A stretch of 30,283 nucleotides of DNA from a virus (Duplodnaviria; Caudoviricetes), in IMG/VR virus record IMGVR_UViG_3300040985_000156, positions 1 through 30,283 of that record; one strand, given 5' to 3'. The notes under the pieces were generated by a model, which worked only from the letters and a program-made list of their open reading frames with translations, was not told where the DNA came from and searched no databases. The number at the start of each line of letters is the position of its first letter. Position 1 is the stretch's first letter. This document shows positions 1 through 6,557 of the stretch, piece by piece. Position numbers and translations under genes: made by a program.

Positions 1-217
1 AGCTCTTGGGGATCTCAAACTGCGCCTTGATAAGAACCTTGCAAGGCTTCTCTGTCGGTTCCAGATCGTGCAAGGCCATATAGTCAGACGCAGCCGCAGC
101 CAGCTTATGCTCAAACTTGCGCGTTTTCTCAGGAGTGTAAACCCTGCCGATTCGTGTGAACCTCGGCCGACCTTTCCCGATTGGCTGACCGTACATGAAA
201 ATGGTGACGCCCTTCAT
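1..217 (-). CDS. rusA: RusA-family Holliday junction resolvase (N-terminal part, runs off the left window edge)
   Basis: Manual translation, not in the ORF track: MKGVTIFMYGQPIGKGRPRFTRIGRVYTPEKTRKFEHKL... contains the RusA-type GKGRPRF..G..YTP.KT motif. ATG at 217 overlaps the upstream TGA (ATGA). Confidence 0.85.
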   Translation of the reverse strand, partial: MKGVTIFMYGQPIGKGRPRFTRIGRVYTPEKTRKFEHKLAAAASDYMALHDLEPTEKPCKVLIKAQFEIPKS

Positions 218-459
218 ATGCGGTTCAACCAGGTCTCAATGTCTGTCTGATCTGCATCATCATCAGCAATCACGCCCACGTCATCCAAGATAGCTTCGAG
301 GCTTACCGACTGATTCAATCCTTCTGCTATCAGATCCACAGCCAAACGGCTTTGCGATATCCCCTGACTATGTGAAGCGGCATCTAAACGAGACTTGAGG
401 CCGACCGGCAAACGCACCACCAGCGCTTGTTTGGGTTCGCCCTTGCTTTGATACTTCAT
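214..459 (-). CDS. Ribbon-helix-helix (Arc/CopG-like) DNA-binding protein
   Basis: LVVRLPVGLKSRLDAASHSQGISQSRLAVDLIAEGL fits the RHH strand-helix-helix pattern, followed by an acidic tail. ATG at 459 is preceded by AGGA. First gene of the leftward unit. Confidence 0.75.
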   Translation of the reverse strand: MKYQSKGEPKQALVVRLPVGLKSRLDAASHSQGISQSRLAVDLIAEGLNQSVSLEAILDDVGVIADDDADQTDIETWLNRI

Positions 460-507
460 TTTCTTTTCCTTTGTTTTCAACGGCTTGTAACTATATTCAC
501 CTAGTCT

Positions 508-523
508 GTTAAATAAATGTTAA
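508..523 (-). promoter_or_regulatory. CtrA-type binding box (TTAA-N7-TTAAC)
   Basis: Minus strand reads TTAA-CATTTAT-TTAAC. It sits at the -35 position relative to a candidate leftward -10 TATAGT (490-495). Confidence 0.6.
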
Positions 524-530
524 TAACCTA

Positions 531-559
531 TTGACCTTGATGTGATATCACCTTAACTA
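531..559 (+). promoter_or_regulatory. Candidate rightward sigma70 early promoter with a palindromic operator in its spacer
   Basis: TTGACC (531-536), 17-bp spacer, TAACTA (554-559). Perfect palindrome GTGATATCAC at 542-551. AGGAG RBS before ATG 594. Confidence 0.5.
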
Positions 560-593
560 TTAATCAACAACAACGCAACAGGAGAATAAGACA

Positions 594-929
594 ATGAACA
601 ATGCATCAGATTATAACCTGGACGCAATGGTAGCATCATGGGCGGTCGAGATCTTTGAGCAAGTAAACGATATCGACGACGCGCACGATCTAGCGTCACA
701 ATATGCAGACGGTAGCGAGTGGGTGATCTATCACTACAAGTCACACGAACTTTGCTTGAACTGCAACACGGACAACGGCGAGATGCAGTTCAAGGATTGC
801 GGCATTTCAGACGGAGCAACATACAACTCCATCGGCTCAATGATTGCATATTTCGAGATCGAATCACGCCTAAACGCAGCAATTCAAACACTGTTCGAAA
901 TGGCAGAAGAAATAGAGGAAGCAGCATAA
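594..929 (+). CDS. Ocr-like (T7 gp0.3-like) acidic DNA-mimic anti-restriction protein
   Basis: 111 aa with about 22 D/E versus 3 K/R. DIDDAHDLASQYAD / GEMQFKDCGI / IAYFEI..AEEIEE align by eye with T7 Ocr DTDDLHDAIHMAAD / IDLEFEDSGL / RIYEQL..LEEVEE. First early gene. Confidence 0.65.
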   Translation: MNNASDYNLDAMVASWAVEIFEQVNDIDDAHDLASQYADGSEWVIYHYKSHELCLNCNTDNGEMQFKDCGISDGATYNSIGSMIAYFEIESRLNAAIQTLFEMAEEIEEAA

Positions 930-1228
930 TGAAAGATTCAGTTTACAGAATAAACATGAACACGATTAGCTTTAAGGCTTTCTGCGCCCTCCAAGAACTA
1001 GACAAAAGCTTTATAGGTTCGCCGGAATATTTAGGCATTGCCTATTTTTGGGGAAGCAATGGTTGCAAGTATTATTTGCGCGAAGCCTCAGTTGCTCAAC
1101 GCCGCAGGGTTCACCATCTTTGGGTCAAGGCGGGCCTAGATTTGGCTGGGGAAACTTTGGAACATTACAAGATCATTCAACAAGTAACAAAATTAGCAGT
1201 GCCAACAACAAGGGAAGAGCTACAATGA
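929..1228 (+). CDS. Hypothetical early protein (99 aa, MKDSVYRIN...)
   Basis: TAATG overlap with the previous stop and GAGG RBS. It is the 3' part of track ORF 719..1228. Confidence 0.7.
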   Translation: MKDSVYRINMNTISFKAFCALQELDKSFIGSPEYLGIAYFWGSNGCKYYLREASVAQRRRVHHLWVKAGLDLAGETLEHYKIIQQVTKLAVPTTREELQ

Positions 1229-1311
1229 AGGACTTTATCAAAGATTCAATCGGCGCATTTTCACTGGTTGCCATCATTTACATGGCGCTAGTTTTCACAG
1301 GGGCAATGTGA
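1225..1311 (+). CDS. Small single-TM membrane peptide (28 aa)
   Basis: MKDFIKDSIGAFSLVAIIYMALVFTGAM, coupled by overlaps to both neighbours. Confidence 0.6.
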   Translation: MKDFIKDSIGAFSLVAIIYMALVFTGAM

Positions 1312-1526
1312 TGGGCAAAGTGAATGCGCTATTTCAAGACGCCATCGAACGTATGTCGGAGATCTGCCCAGAATGTGACGGTGACGGGTTGGTTGTTGTG
1401 GAAATCTACAGACCGCAAAGCTTTGATCGTGATGTCGGGTTCATAGATTGCGAAGATCCAAGGCAGTGCGAACGATGCGCCGGCGAAGGTGTGATATTTA
1501 AGGAGGACGACGACGATGAATATTAA
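1311..1526 (+). CDS. Small zinc-finger protein (DnaJ-type CxxCxGxG pair)
   Basis: CPECDGDG and CERCAGEG motifs, acidic C-terminus. Confidence 0.75.
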   Translation: MGKVNALFQDAIERMSEICPECDGDGLVVVEIYRPQSFDRDVGFIDCEDPRQCERCAGEGVIFKEDDDDEY

Positions 1527-1842
1527 TAGCGTAAACATTAAAAAGATGCACCACCGCAACGCGGGAGACACCGAGATCGCGGCGGCGCACCAGGTGTCCA
1601 AGCGGGTCGCAGGGAAGAGACTGCAAACCTTGCAAACGCTGTTTACCCTGATGGGAGGCACAGGGGAGCAGGTCGCGCTTGCCGCCAAGATGCCTATCAC
1701 TAGCACAAGACCACGCTTAACGGAACTGTTAGAGATGGGCCTGATCGAAGACACAGGGCGCAGAGCAAAGAACGAATATCAAAACAACGAGATTGTTTGG
1801 GCAGTCACAGCGAAGGGGCAGCAATATGTATATCAAGTTTGA
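1516..1842 (+). CDS. Winged-helix DNA-binding protein
   Basis: TGEQVA...ITSTRPRLTELLEMGLIEDTG...IVW wHTH pattern. AAGGAGG RBS. Confidence 0.7.
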   Translation: MNINSVNIKKMHHRNAGDTEIAAAHQVSKRVAGKRLQTLQTLFTLMGGTGEQVALAAKMPITSTRPRLTELLEMGLIEDTGRRAKNEYQNNEIVWAVTAKGQQYVYQV

Positions 1843-2311
1843 AGAAATCAAAGCCATGAGCGACCAGATCCGGTTGCTTGTTGACGACGATCAAGACACC
1901 TTTCTCGACACGCTAGACGGCGAGACCAACGCAATGGACATCTTGGGGCTGTTGGTTCAAGAGCGCGCCGAGTGCAAGGCGAATGAAATTGCCATGAAAG
2001 ATCTGGCCAAAACCTATTCGCAGCGGTCGCAAAGACTAGCATCAAAACAAGATGCGATATCAATCACGATTGGCCACTTGCTAGACGCAATGGGTGAGAC
2101 CAAGATCCAGCACCCAATCGCCACAGTGAGCCGTACAAAGCCACGGGCCAAGCTTGTGATAGTAGACGAGGCTGAGATACCCAGCCAGCTTGGCACATTC
2201 ACTTTTAAGCCAGATCTAAAGGCAATCAGAAATCAGATGGACGATGGCGAACTTGTGCCAGGCTGCAAAATGACAATAGGCGATGCCTCAATAAGCGTAA
2301 GGATAAAATGA
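1826..2311 (+). CDS. Siphovirus Gp157-family (Mu Gam-like) protein
   Basis: DTLDGE, a long coiled coil, then IVDEAEIP...PDLKAIR...GELVPG...ISVR, typical of Gp157. Adjacent to a putative annealing protein. Confidence 0.8.
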   Translation: MYIKFEEIKAMSDQIRLLVDDDQDTFLDTLDGETNAMDILGLLVQERAECKANEIAMKDLAKTYSQRSQRLASKQDAISITIGHLLDAMGETKIQHPIATVSRTKPRAKLVIVDEAEIPSQLGTFTFKPDLKAIRNQMDDGELVPGCKMTIGDASISVRIK

Positions 2312-3042
2312 TGAACGAACTAATTAAAGCAATGGCAGAGGTAAACGACCTCAACAGATCCCATGGGGTCGTGCAGCGAGGCGGAAAGAAATACACGGAA
2401 GTATTCGTGCGCGTCGAAGCATTCCGCAAAGCATTCGGAACAGATCACGGAATCAACACGGATGTGATGGCCGACGATGGCAAGCGCGTAGTCATCAAGG
2501 CGGTGATCACCAACAGCGCCGGCATGATTGTAGGCTCTGGCATGGCGGAAGAGATCCGAGGTCAAGGCAATGTAAACAAGACAAGCGCACTAGAAAACGC
2601 AGAGACCAGCGCGATCGGTCGGGCATTGGCCTCACTTGGTCTACATGGTGGCACATACGCCAGCTTGAACGAGGTCGACGCAGTACCACGCAAAGCAGCA
2701 GCGCAACAACAGGCTAGTTCTACGCAGCCGGCACCAACACCGCCACCAGCACCGTCAGCAGATCTTGTCCCACTCAAGACGCACCTGGGCAAAGAGCTAC
2801 GCCAGACAGAGCATCAGGATTTCGCTGTCAGCCTGATTAAAATGTTCCAGGTCTACGCAAACACCACGCAGGACAAAGATGGCAATGAGGTTGAGCCACG
2901 TAAGCGTATGACTTTGATGCGTGAGCTAAAGGAACACAACGCAGACGCGATAGCTGCAATCAGTGAGGGTTTGCAGGATCAAGTCGAGAAGGCTTACCTC
3001 AAGAACATTAAATCTCTAGGAGCGCAGCTTAAAAATGACTGA
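2308..3042 (+). CDS. Putative single-strand annealing protein (Rad52/Sak-like)
   Basis: GKKYTEV..RV..FR and SALENAETSAIGRAL motifs, then a Pro/Ala linker and a helical C-terminal domain. Follows Gp157. Confidence 0.6.
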   Translation: MMNELIKAMAEVNDLNRSHGVVQRGGKKYTEVFVRVEAFRKAFGTDHGINTDVMADDGKRVVIKAVITNSAGMIVGSGMAEEIRGQGNVNKTSALENAETSAIGRALASLGLHGGTYASLNEVDAVPRKAAAQQQASSTQPAPTPPPAPSADLVPLKTHLGKELRQTEHQDFAVSLIKMFQVYANTTQDKDGNEVEPRKRMTLMRELKEHNADAIAAISEGLQDQVEKAYLKNIKSLGAQLKND

Positions 3043-3241
3043 AGCATGGGATGAAATGACGGAGCGTCACAAGCAGGAGCGTATTGATCTTGTAAAAGTC
3101 TGGGCCCTGACTAAGACCCAATCGGAAACAGCAGATATATTGGGCGTCAGTAGGCAGAACTTAAATATGTTTGGCGCTCGAAGCGGAATAACCTGGGCAA
3201 TCAGAGGGAAGAAAAAGAAAAATGAATCAACATCTAAGTAA
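3035..3241 (+). CDS. Small HTH DNA-binding protein
   Basis: TQSETADILGVSRQNL helix-turn-helix and a basic tail. Confidence 0.7.
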   Translation: MTEAWDEMTERHKQERIDLVKVWALTKTQSETADILGVSRQNLNMFGARSGITWAIRGKKKKNESTSK

Positions 3242-3929
3242 GTGTATTAACGCGGCTGAAATGGGCCTGACTCAAACGCAAACAGCAACCCTTTTAGATA
3301 TTCCCCGCAGTGCGGTCAGAGAACTAGCACAGAAATACGGACTAAAATTCTTAAATCCAAACAGAAGTTTGAGCAGGAGACAAAATGAAAACAGAGCCAC
3401 AGATAGCAATCGAGCGCTGCCAGAGACTGATAAAGATAATGATCTCGAAGCCAAGCAACACAAGCAGGTACAATCTAAGGCAGGAGCTAGAAGAAATACT
3501 TTCGTTGCTGGAGATAGCACAAAGACAGTAGCGGAGATCTTATCAAGTAAAATTCCAGAGCACGAAAAGTTTGAACTTATCTACGCAAAGAAAATCATGC
3601 TGTTCGAGCAGGGTCGCATGAGTAAAATCAACCGGCAAACGCTGCGAGAGGAGAGGCTTTACACCATAGATACCGCAGAAAGCCGCAGAATAATTAGGGA
3701 CCGTGAGGAAAGCTTGCACAAGCGCAGCTTAATCTTAAACGGAATGAGGTACGATCAGAACCGGTTTGCATCAGAGATAGCGGTGAAGGCAGATCTGCCC
3801 GTCAAGTCGTGCGCCCAAATGCTAGATGTAATGTTTAGAGAAAACCTAATCGACCGCATTCAGGTTAGAGATGGCATAGGAAAAACAAGAACCAAGATGG
3901 TTTACAAATATAGGAGGCTACCAAAGTAA
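3222..3929 (+). CDS. Protein with an N-terminal HTH and a C-terminal winged-helix-like domain
   Basis: GLTQTQTATLLDIPRSAVRELA at the N-terminus. ASEIAVKADLPVKSCAQMLDVMFRENLI near the C-terminus. Confidence 0.6.
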   Translation: MNQHLSKCINAAEMGLTQTQTATLLDIPRSAVRELAQKYGLKFLNPNRSLSRRQNENRATDSNRALPETDKDNDLEAKQHKQVQSKAGARRNTFVAGDSTKTVAEILSSKIPEHEKFELIYAKKIMLFEQGRMSKINRQTLREERLYTIDTAESRRIIRDREESLHKRSLILNGMRYDQNRFASEIAVKADLPVKSCAQMLDVMFRENLIDRIQVRDGIGKTRTKMVYKYRRLPK

Positions 3930-4027
3930 TGACTGAACATGACTACGACAACGGCTACCGTGAAGGTATGCAGAAGATGCGAGACCTAGCCCAAGCCAGT
4001 ATTGATGAGATGGAGGGAAAGCAATGA
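3929..4027 (+). CDS. Small hypothetical protein (32 aa, MTEHDYDNGYREGMQ...)
   Basis: TAATG overlap, AGGAGG upstream, ATGA coupling downstream. Below the ORF-track length cutoff. Confidence 0.55.
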   Translation: MTEHDYDNGYREGMQKMRDLAQASIDEMEGKQ

Positions 4028-4125
4028 ATAACAGGGGAATGATTGTCAGCGTGCAATTCCAAGCTGGCGAGTTTCGCGGTGATTGGAATACAGAGTTGCG
4101 CGATAAGGAGAGTTCGGATGGGTGA
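4024..4125 (+). CDS. Small hypothetical protein (33 aa, MNNRGMIVSVQF...)
   Basis: GGAGG RBS and ATGA overlap. Fills the gap in a coupled operon. Confidence 0.45.
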   Translation: MNNRGMIVSVQFQAGEFRGDWNTELRDKESSDG

Positions 4126-4486
4126 TAGTGCGCGACCTAAGTGGGATTACAAGATTTCCGAAGAGAGGGTTTGGAGGTTGCGAGGCAGCATAAAGAAGAT
4201 CACCCATCACTGGGAATTGACTGGCGCTGATACATCCCGCAACTGGCTTGAATTTCATCCAGAGGACGATGGAAAATTCAGGGCACCGAGTGGGTGGGAC
4301 GAATTGTTTGAGTTTCGCCCAGATCATCGCGGCCTGATTTCACCGAACTACAAGGGGCATGCTGCCTGCAAGAGGCTTGATGAAATCAAGGCGTGGGAAA
4401 AGCAGAACGCCAACGACATAGCGGAATTGAAACGCCTTCAAGCAAAGCTGGGCTTGAGCGATAAGGAGGAGACCTCCAATGACTAA
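4118..4486 (+). CDS. Hypothetical protein (122 aa, MGDSARPKW...)
   Basis: AAGGAG RBS before ATG 4118. Ends with a ...ELKRLQAKLG motif and an 8-nt overlap with the next gene. Confidence 0.7.
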   Translation: MGDSARPKWDYKISEERVWRLRGSIKKITHHWELTGADTSRNWLEFHPEDDGKFRAPSGWDELFEFRPDHRGLISPNYKGHAACKRLDEIKAWEKQNANDIAELKRLQAKLGLSDKEETSND

Positions 4487-4664
4487 ACTCGAAGAACTGA
4501 AGGCTGCTCGGGAAGCTGCTAGGGCTGATTATGATGCTTTGGATGATGCTTTGGATGATGCTTTGGATGCTGCTAATGGTGCTCGTGATGTTTTGGATGC
4601 TGCTGAGGCTGCTGAGGCTGCTTACCACGACGAACTGAAGGAACAGGAGAACTCTGATGACTAA
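4479..4664 (+). CDS. Ala/Asp-rich helical repeat peptide, MTKL family copy 1
   Basis: MTKLEELKAA...AYHDELKEQENSDD, strong RBS AAGGAGG, paralog of 4877..5137. Confidence 0.75.
   Translation: MTKLEELKAAREAARADYDALDDALDDALDAANGARDVLDAAEAAEAAYHDELKEQENSDD
4531..4566 (+). repeat. 12-bp tandem repeat ATGATGCTTTGG x3 (in-frame, encoding DAL-D units)
   Basis: Three perfect copies read directly. Confidence 0.9.
4642..4660 (+). repeat. 19-bp direct repeat AACAGGAGAACTCTGATGA, copy 1 (RBS plus start junction)
   Basis: Identical to 5500-5518. Confidence 0.9.
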
Positions 4665-4884
4665 GATGAAAACAGAGAGACTTGTTTTTAACAATGCGTA
4701 TGGCACCCCAAAGTCATCTGTCTTGGACATCCATATGGACGGTGTGTTTATGGTTTGCCAGTGGTACGCGAGTTTTTGGGCAGGAGATTTATACACGGTT
4801 ACATTAAATGGGCGTAACATCCCGTTAGATCTCAACGGAGAACCACAATTGGCAGATCTTAAAGGAGCGCAGGACAATGACTAA
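4657..4884 (+). CDS. Hypothetical protein (75 aa)
   Basis: AGGAG RBS and 8-nt overlaps on both sides. Confidence 0.7.
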   Translation: MTKMKTERLVFNNAYGTPKSSVLDIHMDGVFMVCQWYASFWAGDLYTVTLNGRNIPLDLNGEPQLADLKGAQDND

Positions 4885-5137
4885 ACTTGAAAAACTAAAG
4901 GCTGCTGCTGAGGCTAAGCTGGATGCTGCTTGTGGTGCTGTTAGGGCGGCTACTGAAGATGCTCGTGATGCTGCTTGTGCTGCTTATGAGGCTGCGAAGA
5001 GGGCTGCTCGGGTTGCTTATTCCGATGCTATTGATGCTGCTATTGATACTCGTGATACTGAGCTGGATGCTGCTTGGGATACTTACTACACCGAGCTAGA
5101 TAAGATACAAGAGGAGAAACAGAATGATTTACTATGA
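4877..5137 (+). CDS. Ala/Asp-rich helical repeat peptide, MTKL family copy 2
   Basis: MTKLEKLKAA...WDTYYTELDKIQEEKQND, paralog of 4479..4664. Confidence 0.75.
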   Translation: MTKLEKLKAAAEAKLDAACGAVRAATEDARDAACAAYEAAKRAARVAYSDAIDAAIDTRDTELDAAWDTYYTELDKIQEEKQNDLL

Positions 5138-5432
5138 AGCAAAAGATTTTCCGGTTGATGGCCTGGAAGCAACTGGAGATGATGTAAAGGTTCACGTCCC
5201 CAAAGGGGCCGAATGGCGCTCTTATAATCTGTTTGGCGATCAAGACGGTTCCATAATTGTTGATGGCGCTGGTGTTGGCAATGCATATCGCGTTGGAGAT
5301 GGCAAGGGAGATGCGTATCGCTATGGCAAGGGTGCTGGCGGTGCGTGGCGCTATGGCGAGGGCCATGCGTGGCGATGGGGTGCTGGTAATGGCGGTGCGT
5401 ATCGCGATGGTGAAATTGAGGAGGACGAATGA
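5124..5432 (+). CDS. Gly-rich repeat protein (about 10-aa GxGxGxA[YW]Rx repeats, probable beta-solenoid)
   Basis: GAGVGNAYRV GDGKGDAYRY GKGAGGAWRY GEG-HAWRW GAGNGGAYRD. GAGGAG RBS. Confidence 0.75.
   Translation: MIYYEAKDFPVDGLEATGDDVKVHVPKGAEWRSYNLFGDQDGSIIVDGAGVGNAYRVGDGKGDAYRYGKGAGGAWRYGEGHAWRWGAGNGGAYRDGEIEEDE
5136..5161 (+). repeat. 26-bp direct repeat GAAGCAAAAGATTTTCCGGTTGATGG, copy 1
   Basis: Identical to 5444-5469. Confidence 0.9.
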
Positions 5433-5523
5433 TGGTCAATATAGAAGCAAAAGATTTTCCGGTTGATGGATTGGGATGCTTACACAGCTGAACTAAACAA
5501 ACAGGAGAACTCTGATGAGTAAA
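5429..5523 (+). pseudogene. Chimeric remnant: start of a Gly-repeat paralog fused out of frame to the end of an MTKL-family paralog
   Basis: MMVNIEAKDFPVDG matches the N-terminus of the 5124 gene and stops at 5491. Another frame reads WDAYTAELNKQENSDE*, matching the C-termini of the 4479 and 4877 genes. Confidence 0.65.
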
Positions 5524-5640
5524 CTAGCTACATACATAATATATAAGGCGATTGTATGGATGGCCAGTTTAATCAAACTGTGGCGCAATCTGGTAAACGC
5601 TTCAACCAACTATAGACCCTGCAAACCAATCCCGTGGTAA
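5515..5640 (+). CDS. Possible 41-aa peptide (MSKLATYII...), overlapping structured element 1
   Basis: AGGAG RBS and an open frame, but it may be an accidental ORF following the repeated junction. Confidence 0.3.
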   Translation: MSKLATYIIYKAIVWMASLIKLWRNLVNASTNYRPCKPIPW

Positions 5641-5684
5641 GTGCAAAGACGAAAGCTGTTGTTAAGGTTAAGCCATCCATACAA
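5552..5684. ncRNA. Candidate structured RNA 1 (multi-branched, closed by a 13-bp perfect stem)
   Basis: TTGTATGGATGGC (5552-5564) / GCCATCCATACAA (5672-5684). Inner hairpins CAGTTT-AATC-AAACTG and ACCA-ATCCCG-TGGT, plus a tRNA D-arm-like TGGCGCAATCTGGTAAACGC. Confidence 0.5.
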
Positions 5685-5691
5685 AAGTTCG

Positions 5692-5755
5692 TGTGGTCAG
5701 GTTGTTAGATTCCATCAACGCACTCTATCAAGTGTTAAAAGAAAACCCGACCACA
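5692..5755. ncRNA. Candidate structured RNA 2 or terminator-like element
   Basis: TGTGGTCAGGTT (5692-5703) / AACCCGACCACA (5744-5755), 11 of 12 paired. Inner hairpin GCACT-CTATCA-AGTGT. Confidence 0.4.
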
Positions 5756-5760
5756 AGTAT

Positions 5761-6216
5761 TTATACCATCAGCTCGAAGTGAGGTCCATCAATAAATGGA
5801 CGACGGCCCTGTGATCTACGCAAATCAATGTAAGCGTTCATTGCTTCTTCCATCGTGCCATCCCAAGAACCGATGTCATCAATCTGCCATGCTGCACCCC
5901 AGCGAACCTTGCAGCCAACAGCGTTAGCTCCCTCTTTCATGGCGTCAGCAAGATCATCATAGACGTTAAGCTCCCATGACCCACGCCCACCAATGTAAGC
6001 CATAAGATCAACGGCGTTGCCGTCTAAGTGCTTGGACTTCATAGTCTGTGACGCACCCTTGGCCACTAGCTCTTTCTGCATTTCAATTGTTCTCATGCCT
6101 TGGATGACACCGAAGTCTATCTTGGTTGCTGTGATAGCGTGCTTGACGACAGCAACTAGCCGCTCGTCAACACCTTCCAACTTATCAAGGCTGCGCTGTG
6201 ATAATTTAAAGCTCAT
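5761..6216 (-). CDS. Endolysin, peptidase M15 (L-Ala-D-Glu endopeptidase type)
   Basis: SQRSLDKLEGV, GMRT..Q, SKHLDGNAVDL (Zn ligands H, D), WGAAW and DGPHFEL. Confidence 0.92.
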   Translation of the reverse strand: MSFKLSQRSLDKLEGVDERLVAVVKHAITATKIDFGVIQGMRTIEMQKELVAKGASQTMKSKHLDGNAVDLMAYIGGRGSWELNVYDDLADAMKEGANAVGCKVRWGAAWQIDDIGSWDGTMEEAMNAYIDLRRSQGRRPFIDGPHFELMV

Positions 6217-6557
6217 TTCTTAAACCCTTTCATGGTTCTTATGCCGAAGCTGGCGGCAATACTTGCATACATGGCCCACTGAAACCAGCTTGGCGCTCGC
6301 TCAAGGTTGGCAAATCCCTCAGCCATGTACGGCTGCAGCGGAGGAATGAAGCTGCCTAACACTATGATAATAAAGCATATTGTCCACGCTTCATCCTTCC
6401 AACTGTCCTTGCTGGCCTCGATAGCTGCTTGCTCCCAAGAGATTTCACCAGTGGCGATTTTCATCTTGGTTTCAGCTTCTGCTGCTTTAACCTTTGCCTT
6501 GCTGTCTATCTGTGCTGTCACCAGCCCAATAACACTGCTTGCTATCTGCCCAATCAT
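6213..6557 (-). CDS. Holin-like membrane protein (3TM-holin-like)
   Basis: SWKDEAWT, hydrophobic segments and a C-terminal ASFGIR. Directly upstream of the endolysin with ATGA overlap. Confidence 0.7.
   Translation of the reverse strand: MIGQIASSVIGLVTAQIDSKAKVKAAEAETKMKIATGEISWEQAAIEASKDSWKDEAWTICFIIIVLGSFIPPLQPYMAEGFANLERAPSWFQWAMYASIAASFGIRTMKGFKK

Noticed and set aside
719-928. Long 5' extension of ORF 719..1228
   Set aside because: It overlaps the Ocr-like gene. The coupled ATG at 929 with an RBS is more plausible.
4479-5520. CRISPR-like mini-array from the 19-bp and 26-bp direct repeats
   Set aside because: Only two copies each, 858 and 308 bp apart, and both correspond to gene junctions or gene starts.
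5579-5660. tRNA gene suggested by the D-arm-like TGGCGCAATCTGGTAAACGC
   Set aside because: No GTTCRA T-loop, anticodon arm or acceptor stem at the right spacing. Kept only as part of a candidate ncRNA.
5510-5660. Hammerhead ribozyme (CTGATGA ... GAAA)
   Set aside because: CTGATGA belongs to the repeated RBS/start junction, and no stem II/GAAA geometry follows it.
5552-5684. Retron msr-msd (long terminal inverted repeat)
   Set aside because: No reverse transcriptase nearby in the window, so the call is unsupported.
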